Below, piece by piece: positions 14,350 to 25,780 of a stretch of DNA of 64,000 nt; within the stretch, counting starts at the first letter, position 1, and every line of letters begins with the position of its first letter. The stretch comes from Lama guanicoe. Taxonomy: Eukaryota. The notes under the pieces were generated by a model. The model searched no databases. It saw only the letters and a list, made by a program, of their open reading frames with translations, and had not been told where the DNA came from. The translations under genes and the position numbers were made by a program. The stretch covers positions 1,424,011-1,488,010 of the forward strand of contig MU054117.1 in the NCBI GenBank assembly GCA_013239625.1, in the 5' to 3' direction.

Positions 14350-15420
14350 CAGACTGAGCTGGTGGTGACAGCTGCTCCCCTGCAGTTATGGCCTCTATTA
14401 TCCACCCACACCCTCGCCATGGCCTCGCGGTGGGCAGAGCACACTTCTCTGACCCTTGATTTTGGCCTGGCTATGTGACTTGCTTGGGCAACGGGATGCT
14501 AGCAGACCAGACGCAAACTGGGGCTTCCAGCCCGTGTGGTTAGGGGCATTTCCACCACCGCCAAGGAAACCACGCTCTGAGTAGCTGCTGCCGCTCAGCT
14601 GGGTCCACGAATGAGCCAGTGAGACAAGACACCTCCGTCAACAGCTAAAGCAGAGCTGACCGCACTAACCTCCAGTCGGTGTGACCGACAAACAGTGCTG
14701 CTTGCTGTGTGTGCATCAGTCAGGGCTGTCCGGGGGAGCAGAGCCGGCAGCACACGCACTGAGCGGAGCACGTGTGTGCGTGTGTGTGTGTGGGCACACA
14801 CACACACACACGCACACACTGCTGTCAGTAAACACCCTGATGAACAAAACACATTAATTAAAATAGAATAAATAAACATACCACAACGATACTATAGTAC
14901 TACGCTATATTAAACATACTATAAAATATATATTTACAAGGAATTATGTGCGACACATGTTTTATAAGGAACGGGCTCAGGTGGTTGTGGAAGCTGCCAA
15001 GCGCCAAGGTCTGAGAGGGAGCAGACAGCTGGGGACTCCGAGAGCAGACAGAGGCCGGCAGGCTCGAAACCACGGAGAGCCAGGGTTTCAGTCCGAGCCC
15101 CAGGCAGGCAAAAGCCGAAGTCTCAGCTCCAATCACTCAGGCAGAGTTCACTTCTCTCCGGGGAGATCTCTGCTGTGCAATCCAGCCTTAAACTGACTGG
15201 GGGGCTTAACAGAGCAGGATGTGTCCACCCTGCCCATGACGGGGGGCAATCGGCTTTGCTCGTCTGTTGACTTAAATGCTAATCTCATCCAAAAACACCC
15301 AGAATAAAGCCTGGACAGACACCTGCGCACCTCATGGCCCAGGCAGGCTGACGTACAGAATGAACCGTCACAATCTGCTCCTGTTCCTCTGCGGCTGTCA
15401 CACAACCCCTGACTGATAAG
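14350..15420 (+). mobile_element. MLT1 (MaLR) solo LTR, split by an MLT2 insertion at about 14712-15370
   Basis: cccttgattttggcctggctatgtgacttgcttgggcaacgggatgctagcaga matches the MLT1H/I/J-type body. The 3' end (ggctgtcacacaacccctgactgata) resumes after 15370. Confidence 0.65.
14712..15370 (-). mobile_element. MLT2 (ERVL) solo LTR
   Basis: Begins tgcatcagtcagggctgtcc, has an internal (CA/TG)n, contains gacttaaatgctaatctcatccaaaaacacc and ends atgaaccgtcaca, as in antisense MLT2. Confidence 0.8.
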
Positions 15421-15439
15421 CTTTCCAAGAGTTTTAAAG

Positions 15440-16900
15440 CGCTGCATGCATTTCACATTTTGTCTTTAATCCACCTGGAACGGATTTCTTTTGTACGATG
15501 TGAGGTAGGGGTCTAATTTCATTTTTTTTCCCCACAGGGAAATCCAATGTCTCAGCACCATTTATTGAAAAATCCATTCTATCTTCACCTCTGACAATCA
15601 TCGTGTGTCCCCAGAAGCGTGGGCATGTTTCTGTGCTTTCTGTTATGATCCGCTGGTCTGCCCGTTCCTACACCAGACCCACGTTGTCTTAATTATTATA
15701 GCTTTACAAGGCTTGATGTCTAAGAGCACGTCAGCTACTCTGGAATTCCTGCAAAGAGTATCGCGTCTACCATAGCCCAGGCACCGTTGTAGAACAGTTC
15801 ATGAGAGAGAGACATGTTAGGAGTTCAGTATCTTTCAAACAAGTTTTATAATTTTCCCCATAAAGATCTCAAACGTTCTAATATTTATTCTCTGGCACTT
15901 TATACTTTTTCAATGTTAGGTTAAACAGTATCTTTTTAAAAATGTAATTTTCACTTTGATGCAGGCTATAAAAATGCAACTCATTTCCGTACATTGACAT
16001 TGTATCCAGCAGTTGATTCAGATACTCTTTCTGGATTTTTCACTTGCTATGTAGACAACCGTGTCATAACTTAATGACAGTGCTCTCTCTTATCTCACGA
16101 TCCTTACTTGCCTCGCTGCACAGTCTGGAAAGCCTACAGAAATGATGACAGCACGCGTTCTGTCTCATTCTTGGTCATAAAGGGAACACCTTCTAAGTTT
16201 TATCCGTAAGTAAGTAGTGTAATGTTTAGTCGCTGTCCTCTAGCAGGAAATTCCTGTCTACTGCTAGCCAGTTAAGGACTTTTTTAAATGACAAATCAAT
16301 GTCAAGTTTCTATGCTTTCCGAGGTGCTCATATGCATTTCCTCCTACCGTATTTCCACGTGTTGACTACTGTAATTAGGCTCCTGATGATACCAGTCTTG
16401 AACTCCTGGAATAAACCTAACCTCTTCAGGCATTTCTTTCTCTTTCACATCCACTAATTTTGAACTGGCAACATTTTGTGCAGGAAGTTTTGCATTTACA
16501 CTCATGGCCGAGACAGGTCTTCCCTGTGTGTGCCTTGTCAGGTTTTGGTGTGAAGTTACACGAGCCTTACAAAGTACGTCCCTTTAAAAGTTCTCTGGAA
16601 TTGTTTCTGCAAGGCTGAAATTGTTTGTTCCTTGTATGTCTAATAAAAATCACTAATATAACTTTCTGGCCTTGAAACTTGTGGGAAAAAGTTTTATTAC
16701 TAACTCTTTTTTTTCCAAGGCTTTTTTTTTTTCACATTCAGCTAGTTTCGCTAAGTTCCGTTTTTCTTGGCATTTGCTCATGTAGTCTGTTTCCAAGTGT
16801 CCTGGCAAAGATATCCCGTGTCTTTGTCACCCTTGCAGGACTTGGGTTTATGGGCCTTATATCATCCAGAAGTTGTTTGCTGTACTTTCTTTTCCTCATT
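15440..16900 (-). mobile_element. Old L1 ORF2 fragment, antisense on +
   Basis: tgaggtaggggtctaatttcatttttttt...cagcaccatttattgaaaa and ttaattattatagctttac resemble antisense L1 ORF2. It continues the fragment at about 14000-14340. Confidence 0.75.
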
Positions 16901-18514
16901 TAGTCTCACCAAAGCCAGCTGACCTGGGGCGTATGGACCCTTTTTATACAAAGCGGGGAGGGCTGGCTGTCTGCTGGACTCTCCGCCTCGGGCTGCCACG
17001 GGCCTCTGACCAAAACCAGCGTCCACCAGCACACAGAGTGCTTGCCTGTGAATTCCCTTTCTATTCATCCCGACCTGAGAGTCTTCCCCTTTCCTGCCCA
17101 CTTATGAACACGTACTTCATCAGCCGTCTTCCGTGGCTCCTGTGGAGGTTGTCTTCCAGCCTCTGACCTGCCAGGGTTACAGACATGGCTCACCTTTCAT
17201 CCCAAACTCACACGTACTGAGTTTTCTTGTCGGTAAAACATAACTTTCTTCAAGATTGCTGAATTTTCCCATCCATTTGAGTGCCAGACCCTCAGGGCAT
17301 TTCTACCTCAGGTCATATATGTATCTAAATACATTTTTACAGCATTTTCGCATTTAACCCAAGAGCGGTGCCATAAACCAGGCTTTCCGACGAATCACCT
17401 GGTCCGTGCTCTGGCTGCAAGCCTGGGGAACAGTTTCAAAGCCAAACTGAAATGCTCCCCTTTCTGCGACTTTTCCACCATCCCAGGGAGCACATTCAGC
17501 TGCCGCCACCCGGACACCCACCCCACGGCGTGCCCACCTCTCGCAGCTGTGGCTGACTCTGGGCGCGGTCACTGAGAAGGGAGGTGATGAAGTTGAAGGG
17601 GAGGAAAGAGGAGCCGCGTCACACCGAACAACGCAGGCAGTCGCTACAACTTTAAAATGTGCTCTGGTCCCCGTCTGATTTCCAGAAGCGTATGTTTTAA
17701 GACATTAAAAAAAAAAAAAAAAAGACCTGGGACTCAAGTACGTAACTTAACCGCGTCCACTAACGTATCAAGGAGAAAGCACAGGGCTTGACCGTGTGCG
17801 GTGCCAGCAGGACCAGACGGTTTGCTGAAATCACCAGCTAATAGACTTTTACTCAGAGTAAGAAGGGAACCAGCTCCGGCTTCCCCGCGGACCCGCTTCC
17901 CTAAGACAGCAAGGCAGCTGGGGGCCGCAGGTGCTGGCACGGACCGCACCTCTGGTCTCCCTCCTTCTGTTCCACAACCCAGGGCAAACGCTCTCCGTGG
18001 CCTCCAAGACGCTGATGGAGGGTCTTGTTACCGTTCCATGGGAAGGTAAGAGGTGTAAGTCTCCACAGGCAAAAAAAGAAGAAAAAAGGGGTGGCGGAGC
18101 CCCTGGGGGGGGAGCATTCATCCTGTACGCCAGATTTCCATGTAAGTCCACTAGTTTCCTGTTTCCGATGAAGTTCTAGAACAAGACCCACTCTGCTATA
18201 CAGTTGCAAAAAAAAAAAAAAAAAAAGGTCTAGCTCCGGAGCTGAGAAGCACGTCTGAAGCATGAGTGGGAACTTGCGTCCACACAGCCGGCTGTTCAGG
18301 CGTCGCACAACCACTACTACCGAGAAGCCGAATTCACAGAATTCCCAACACACGTGTGCCAGCATCTCTACTAGGAGTCTTCTCTCTATCCCAACACGTT
18401 CTTCTGCCCAGTGGGTGGAGGTGCCCTGACGAGCCACACGCCAGCAGCACGGCACTTCACAGCCAGGGGCCGCGTCGCCATCACGGGGGAGGAACGCGCC
18501 GCGGCTGGGACGCT

Positions 18515-18700
18515 CGGAGGCGCTCTGCGCGCGTCACGCGTCGTCTCATTAAACCCTCACGACGACCCTGTGACGCAGGTCCGCGCGATCGTCACCATCC
18601 TCGCCTTCACGGGGGAGGACAGGCTTGGTGGGCCGACGGGCCTTACTCCGCCAGAGGCGGCAGAGCGAGGACCCAGCCTACGTGCACCCCACCGCATCCA
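18515..18700 (-). mobile_element. MIR SINE, heavily CpG-enriched
   Basis: tctcattaaaccctcacgacgaccctgtgacgcagg...catcctcgccttcacgggggagga aligns by eye with MIR tctcatttaatcctcacaacaaccctatgaggtagg...catccccattttacagatgagga. Confidence 0.7.
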
Positions 18701-21700
18701 CAGTTACCGCTGCTCTGCCACAATGGGTCAGTGTCCACCAGGTCCTGACACAGGTTTCCACAGTTACAGCCAGCCACTCGCTCTGGGGGCTGCTCCCAGG
18801 CCCACTTCTGCATCTGTCATCCTTCCTCTTCTCTCCCTCCTCTCCCACCCCCAAGTACTGAACTCCCAGCACGTGCGCGGTACTGTGTGTGTGACACCAC
18901 GAGGGCAGGATAGAAACACGTTTCCCTACTGCTCTCGAGCTTAGAGTCCACACAGAGATACGGTCATGAGTTAATAACATTCATAAACGTACACTCACGA
19001 GCCGTGAATAGTTTTATTTAAGGAAGTACAGGATGCCACGAGGATAAGTAACCTGAGGCCTTGACCTACGTTTTGGGGACCTAGAGAAAGGTTCCCCAGG
19101 AAAGTCACGGAGGAGGTGAGGAGCAGACAGCTTTCCAGCTCCAGGGCCCAGGAAGCTGAGCAGCCCTGAAGGGGGAAGGCACACACCCATGGGAGAAGGC
19201 ACACAGGACCCGAGTATCCCCGAGAAGCCCTGGGAACAAGGGGAAGGAGGCGCAAATACGGCAGGAAAGGAAGGAAGAGGCAGAAGGGTTTTGGCTTTTA
19301 TCCCCAAAGCAACAAGAAGGTAGCAAAGGACGTGACTACATGGAGGAGCAAGAAAATTTAGAAAGTTCGAATCAGAAAGGCTAAAACAGGGCCCCAAGGA
19401 GTCTAAGCTGAACAGAGAGGGAAGCAAAGACAGGGCCAGGGGTCAGGATAAAGCAGAAAGAGGCACCGGAGCTCAAGTGACGCAGAAGGACGGCTGCAGT
19501 GGGAATACTTGAACCAGAAAAGGAAAAGGACAGGAAACTGAGGTCCGGGAGAAGATGCTGTGATGAGCGGGCCCAGAGGTGGACCAGGTGACCGAGTTCC
19601 AGGAGGCCGCACCCGGAATGAAGGCAGGCAGTGGAGGCGGCGAGCTCTCAGGCGGGGACCCCGAGAGACAGACACACGGGTTACCCACGCAGACTCTGAG
19701 CTCAGTGAGGGAACGGAAGTCTCCCCCGAGAACCCCAGAGCCCGCAGCCAGCCAGCATGAGCCTCGAAGATTCTTGTAAGAGTGTGACTGAACAGCGGCC
19801 TGAAGGTGCAACAGGAAACAGGAAGGGCGAGGGGCCCACCTCCAACCCCCAGGTTCAGGAGGAACATGTGTTTACCACAGAGCGGCCACCGGGGTCCGCG
19901 GGAGACGCCGGACCACACTTCAGGCAAAGGCGGTGGGAACGGCTCCAGGAGGAAACTGAGGACGTCCGTGCCGGGCCTTGCACGGAGAAGACGCGTGGTG
20001 ACCGTCTGTCGAATGGGTGAATGAATGAAGACACGTGAACCCATGACTGGGTGGGAAACAGGAAAAGGACGAGGAGAGCTACAGAGCTGGGAAGTGGCGG
20101 GCAAGCCCCGAGCAACACGGGGAAGGCAGACCTCGCTCCCGGCTTCTCCGAAGAGGGCGGGCACTTCCGACTAAAGCAAAACAAATCCAATGCCCCTAAG
20201 ATAAGAAGGTAAATTTTCTATATTTTTATTTTTAATTTTATTTTTTAGTCCCCATTTAAATGCATGTGACTTACATGTTAGTGTTGATTATGACTTCCTA
20301 TTGTTTACTGAAAATAAAAAATAGTTTTTGAGGTAACCTAATGGTAACGGATCCCAGGGGATTCAGCAATACGTAAAACTGAGGGATGTCAAATACTCCC
20401 AGTATCTTCTATTCCTGACTTTATGAAGAACCCAAACATGAGGGGAAGTTACAGACAGAGCTGAAGAAGAGACAACAGAAAGTGTATTTCCACAGCTCAA
20501 CTCGGGGGGTCCCTAGGTGCCTTGACTTTTCAGATACTGCGGCAGCTCTCCAGTAAGTCAGCACTGCAAGGTGACACCTTAGATAATTCACGTGCTGCTG
20601 GGTGAGGCGCTTACAGAATGTTCTCATCGTCCCTCAGAATGTGCGTCCCCTCCCCCCAGGACACCTACTGACACGTGTGGCTGGCAGGTGCCCACCGTGA
20701 GGGCTGGCCTGCGCAGGGGCTACGTTACCACCGACCCCGCCGTCCCTCACTGGCAACTGCCTGGAAGTTTCCAGCAGTATCATGCTGTGGCAACAAACCC
20801 TCAACTGAAGATAAATTTAAAAAGAGAGGAAACAAAACCATATGAAAGAAATGCTTGTTTTTCAAGCCATCTCAATTTTCCATTTTTAAAAAAAATTCGT
20901 TTCAGAGAGGGCGTGGGCAGATAAACCCTGTAGTAAGCACCCTCACTCCTAAGCGGAGCCTTTCAGGACAGGCATCGGTGACACGTGGGCGCACGTCTTC
21001 AGAGCGAGCACTGTCCCCCTGCTGTGGGACTCTTGGCGTCCGAGTCCTGGAGGCTGGAGGGAGGCGTCAGGAAGGGCCAGGGTCCCCTACCATTCTATTG
21101 AGACTTTCTGGTAACACAGCATCAAAACTGAAAGCTAAACAAACAAACAAACAAAAGCCCTAAAAGCTACAAATCTGAGTTGAGCACTGAAAACTATTTC
21201 TGGCAGAAGACTGTTACTTGATTAATGTCCCCCATAATTTGCTTATTTTAGCAACAAGCAGGCTGTAGCAGAACCAAGGAAAATGTAAAATCAGTGACTC
21301 CCTGGTGCACATTAACTCCTTGGCTCCGCTTCTACTCCTGTAAGAAAGGAGGACAGAAACCATCTCAGTAACATGCCTTTTTCTTTCTCTAGCAGCGGAA
21401 CCAGGGAAGCCAGGGCACTGTACACTCTCCTGCATCTGGAGAGCAGCTCGGGAGAAGAGACACAAAGAGAAGGAGGGCAAGACTTTCCCCTGAACTTCAA
21501 GCGCTGGTAAGTTCTCTCCTGAAAAAAACAAAAGCTTCTGCGTCACCAGGAAGTCAAGGTAACAGGGTCAAGCGTGTGCTGGAGGGCTGTGTAAGTTGTC
21601 CAGATTCGGGGAAGAAACTTCCTCCTTAGCTGAAATCATCTGGTTATTTCAGATGGAGAAAACTCCAGTTCTACTTTATTACAGAAAACAGCCATCCCCT

Positions 21701-22086
21701 CACGAGCTTAACGTCACCAGCAGGGAACAGAGCATCTTCCTCTAAGGTCAAGTGAACAGTGGAGTAAAACAACCTCACACTGTTTCCCTACGTTTTCAAC
21801 AACAAAAACAAAAATTTACTGGCATTTTAACCCCTCTCACTTGTGGTGCTGAAAAACAAAAATCAAACAGCTACCAAGAAGTAAAGAGAGTGATGGTTCA
21901 GTAATTAGAGACACATTTTCCGAAGAAAACGTATTATTTCAATATAACACCTGGAAAATGGTTACAAATATTGACAGACAGCTGTTTGACCTTATCAAAT
22001 GTTTATTATTAGCCAGAGGAGGAAAGTAGGTCTGAGATTTAATGTCTGGCAACCAAGGATACCAAGCGGGAGCTCCTATCACGTGG

Positions 22087-22088
22087 GC

Positions 22089-22119
<31 letters not shown>

Positions 22120-22126
22120 TACACGT

Positions 22127-22175
<49 letters not shown>
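22087..22175. repeat. Compound (GT)14-acgtacacgtgc-(AC)23 microsatellite
   Basis: Read directly from the sequence. Confidence 0.95.
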
Positions 22176-22177
<2 letters not shown>

Positions 22178-22244
22178 ATTATTCTGGCTGAAAGAATAGG
22201 ACTCAACATTTGAATACTGCCTTTATCGGCTACAAAACACGTAT

Positions 22245-22372
22245 GGGGGTAATCCTTCACTCCACACAGGTGAGAGCTGAGGCTTAAAAGATTACTGGAC
22301 TTGCCCGAAATCACAGCTAATAAATAGAAGAAGAAACCAAATCCACATCGCTTGGCTTCCGGCTCCATGCAC
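22245..22372 (-). mobile_element. MIR SINE fragment
   Basis: acacaggtgagagctgaggcttaaaag...gacttgcccgaaatcacagctaataaatagaag matches MIR antisense. Confidence 0.6.
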
Positions 22373-23795
22373 TTGACACAAACACCCCCCCATTCATCCT
22401 TTAATAATGGAGATGAGAGACGGGACAGTGAGCGCCAACCCAGAGCTGGGGCCACGCCGCGTACAAACATGGCCTGTGGTGCAGGGTATGCCCTGCTGTG
22501 CGGATTTCTTCAGGAAAACCATCCAGGAAGGTGCAGCCAAGGAGAATACAGACTGCATATGACGATCAGTGGGAAGGCATCTGGAGCTTACGCCTTCACC
22601 TTCAGCCTGACCTTGGAGGGGCGCCCCCATCGCCAGTAACTCGGCTTATCAAACTTCTCAGCAGGTGGTAACAGAATAAGGGCCAAACATCCCAAGAACT
22701 CACTACAAGCAAACTAAGTATGGTCTGTTACAGATCTGCCACAAAGACTCCAAAAGCACTTCCCGCTGCGGGCGCGCACGGCTCAGACGGCAGGACCAAA
22801 ACACACCTGCTCTGAAACCCTGGGTCCACAGACGTGGGCCCTCAGCTCCGTGGCTCATTATAGGGGGTGCCCAGGTTTCATTTCTTTTCTGCTGCAGTTA
22901 ATTCTTTCATTTGATTTTAACTTATGAAAACATAGATGTGGTTCTTATTGTTGAATAAAAAGGGGGAAAAAATCAAGCTGGAATTCAGAGACATAGATAT
23001 TTCCTGAACTTCTAGAATAACAGAATCATGTACTAGTTCATCAAAAGATTTTCAAGAGGAAGAAACTATGATAACAAAAAAGACAACCACGAGCGTATTA
23101 TTCTAAGAGTTACTTTACGAACTACTGATACATACAGAGATTGTTTTTTTGGTCACAACCATCGCATGTGGTATTTCCTGGGGGCTCCAGTTTTCCTTCA
23201 GAATTTCTTCAGTTGTTGTCTACTGACCCCATCTGGCAAAATCACAGAGGAAGTCAGAGGGGCTCCAGTTTCTGGCAAGTCTAACTTTTTTATTTTATGT
23301 GAGGAGGAAATAAGAAAACAGAAGTTCAGAGTGAAAGGACTTAGGGATTTTAGCTTTACCCTTCTGTAACATACAGGACAGAGGGAAACCGTGCAATTAA
23401 GAAAAAGCCATTCGAGCAGAAAGAATTCATGTTTCTCTCTTTTCCTTGTTGTTCTTCAAGATGCTTGCTAGTATTCTGATCTAATGAAAATTTCATTAAA
23501 ACTCTGGGTCTCTGTTTGCTTGTTCATTTAATACAAAGGTGAAGTAATTATCTCAAAATTGTATCTAGCATAATTGGGTAAGATTTTTTAAAGTACAAGG
23601 TAGTTCAAAATTTTAAGTACAGAGTTACTAAAAAATAGAGAAATGCCAGCTTAAACCACGCAAATCGGCCCTGAGATGACAGGTTTCAGTTGCCCATCGT
23701 TCTTACTGTCGACATTCAGAATCTAATTCTACTAAAGGGGTAAAAATTCAAAGGAGAAACTAAAGGAGAGCTTTTAAAATACACCAAGAGTTTCA

Positions 23796-23962
23796 CTTTT
23801 TTTTTTAACTTTAGTTTTATTGTTTGTTTTTTGTTGTTCTGGGGTGTGCAATTAGATTTATTTCATTATTATTATTATTTTTTAAATGCAGGTACTGGGG
23901 ATTGAACCCAGGACCTCATGCATGCTAAGCAGGCACTCTACCACGGAGCTACCCCCTCCCTG
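23796..23962 (-). mobile_element. tRNA-Ala-derived SINE (camelid Vic-1-like) with TSD
   Basis: The reverse complement has a tRNA-like head (gtagctccgtggtagagtgcctgcttagcatgcatgaggtcctgggttcaatccccagtacc) and an A-rich tail. TSD agagtttca at 23787-23795 and 23966-23974. Confidence 0.9.
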
Positions 23963-25594
23963 CCGAGAGTTTCATTTTAATTCACCATCTGACTTACTAT
24001 TCCACTCTTGTACTGGTGGCCACAACACTAATACAGAGTTTCAACTCTTCTTTTAACGCTTCCCTGTCTGAAACACTGGAGTTTCCAGACTTGCTGTTAT
24101 TTGAACATATTTGGGTAACTTCCCTTAATAAGTGGGACTGAAACGCAGAATAATGCTGGGCTGCCATTACTGCAGACCGCATCATTCCTTTAACTTAAAG
24201 CCCACTGCATACATCGCTCTGAGATCAGAAGAAGGAAAAGTCTAAACACGGAGATTTCTGCCACGGCAGGGTACAGCCATTTAACTTCTTTCAACAAGCC
24301 AGAGATGGCAGAATTCTCTTTGAAGTGGCAGCCCTGTTGGCCTTTGAAGTCCCCTGTCAACTGCAGAATGGCTCTGGTGGGGTTTGTTTTGTAGCCAGCT
24401 GTCACCATGAAGGCAGACATGACGTATTTCCAGCAGTCTCACTTCAGGGTCTGTCAAGTGGCTGATTTCACAACCAGTCACCATAACAAAGGAGACGCAA
24501 ACTCACTGACATCAGAGCAAGAGTCTATGGCGGAACTTACTAGGTTCCTCTGGACAGAGCCTGATCTGAACACAGAAATGACCACACAATGGCAAAGAGA
24601 TAACGGTCACATCTCCTCAGATCCCTGAACATGAAAAACATACTTTCCATGTTTGTCAGTAAAATGTTTCATAACAGCAGTGTCTCCAGTCTGGGCATTG
24701 ATGAAAACGATGACTTCCGCAGGAGCCAGGGAACTGCTTCTAAAGCACAGCTGACACTGCTAACTTACAACTGAACCTTCCTGCATAAGTTCTGCGAAAC
24801 ACCTTTGTATTTGTGATGCTTTTAGGCTGCTCCACTACTGGCTTCAAAAACCCCCGTCATTCCTGACACAGAAATCAGTTTAAGACATAAAGGGGTAAGT
24901 AAAGAAAAAGAATCTAAGGTGTCTTAAGAAACCTCTGACTCTATAAATGTAGCCCACGGTAGCATCACATAACAGGAAACAATCTCAACAACGTTATGAA
25001 TCTGTTTTTAAGGTGGGCAGAGACGACACCAACCGAATGAAGCCCCAAATGTCAGATTTACGACGGCGGTCACAGTGCCAGGAAGGACACAAGGTGGGGT
25101 CGCACCAGTCTGACCGCTGTCTCCATCTGCTACACGGAATGTCTTGAGTCTTCACGTGGCTTCGTGACCGTGGCCTGCTGCTGTTTCAGACACGCAGCTG
25201 GCTCCCGGGGGCTGACAGGCCAGTCCCAGGACACACAAGCCCCCACTCCCCGCTGAAGGACAGGTCACGGACAGCGATGGCTTCTAATTTTACTTTTCCA
25301 TTCTGGCTACCGTGCTTTCAAATGAAGCACTGAAAAAGTAAGCTGTGCTCAGACAATAACATCTATTCTGAGTCCTTACAATTCTGAACTCCTTCGAGTT
25401 TTTCTGATCAGAGGACAAAGTGCGTCACCAAATCCTGTGGAAGGGAACTGCAGCAAAGAATAAAAACATGTATTTCTTTTAAGAAATGTTGGTAATGTCT
25501 GTAAAAATCATAAAATTATCATGAAACTTTAAATTGTTCAGTAAATAAATGTTGCTGTTACTAGGCGTACAAACATTCAGGTGGTCGGAATTAA

Positions 25595-25780
25595 AGTTCA
25601 CTCATTCACTCGATAAATGTGCAGTGAACGCCACGCACCAGACACGGGGGCAGGCACCCAGGGCACGAGAGTGGGCCAGACGCGGCCTGGCCCTCGCCGA
25701 GCTTCACTCCACTAGAGAAGGCAGCACCTCTCGACAAACATTAATTGAATGAATAATGGAATAAATGAAGTAAATGACGT
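25595..25780 (-). mobile_element. L2 3'-end fragment
   Basis: ttcactcattcactcgataaatgtgcagtgaacgcc...caccagacac...gcctggccctcgccgagctt matches the antisense L2 tail. Confidence 0.55.

Noticed and set aside
19403..20164. Longest ORF in the track (253 aa) and overlapping ORFs
   Set aside because: No recognisable domain, Pro/Ser/Arg/Leu-rich composition, open frames on both strands in GC-rich DNA, and no convincing exon structure.
21939..22470. CV- and HT-repeat ORFs (also 58321-58631)
   Set aside because: These are translations of (TG)n/(CA)n microsatellites.
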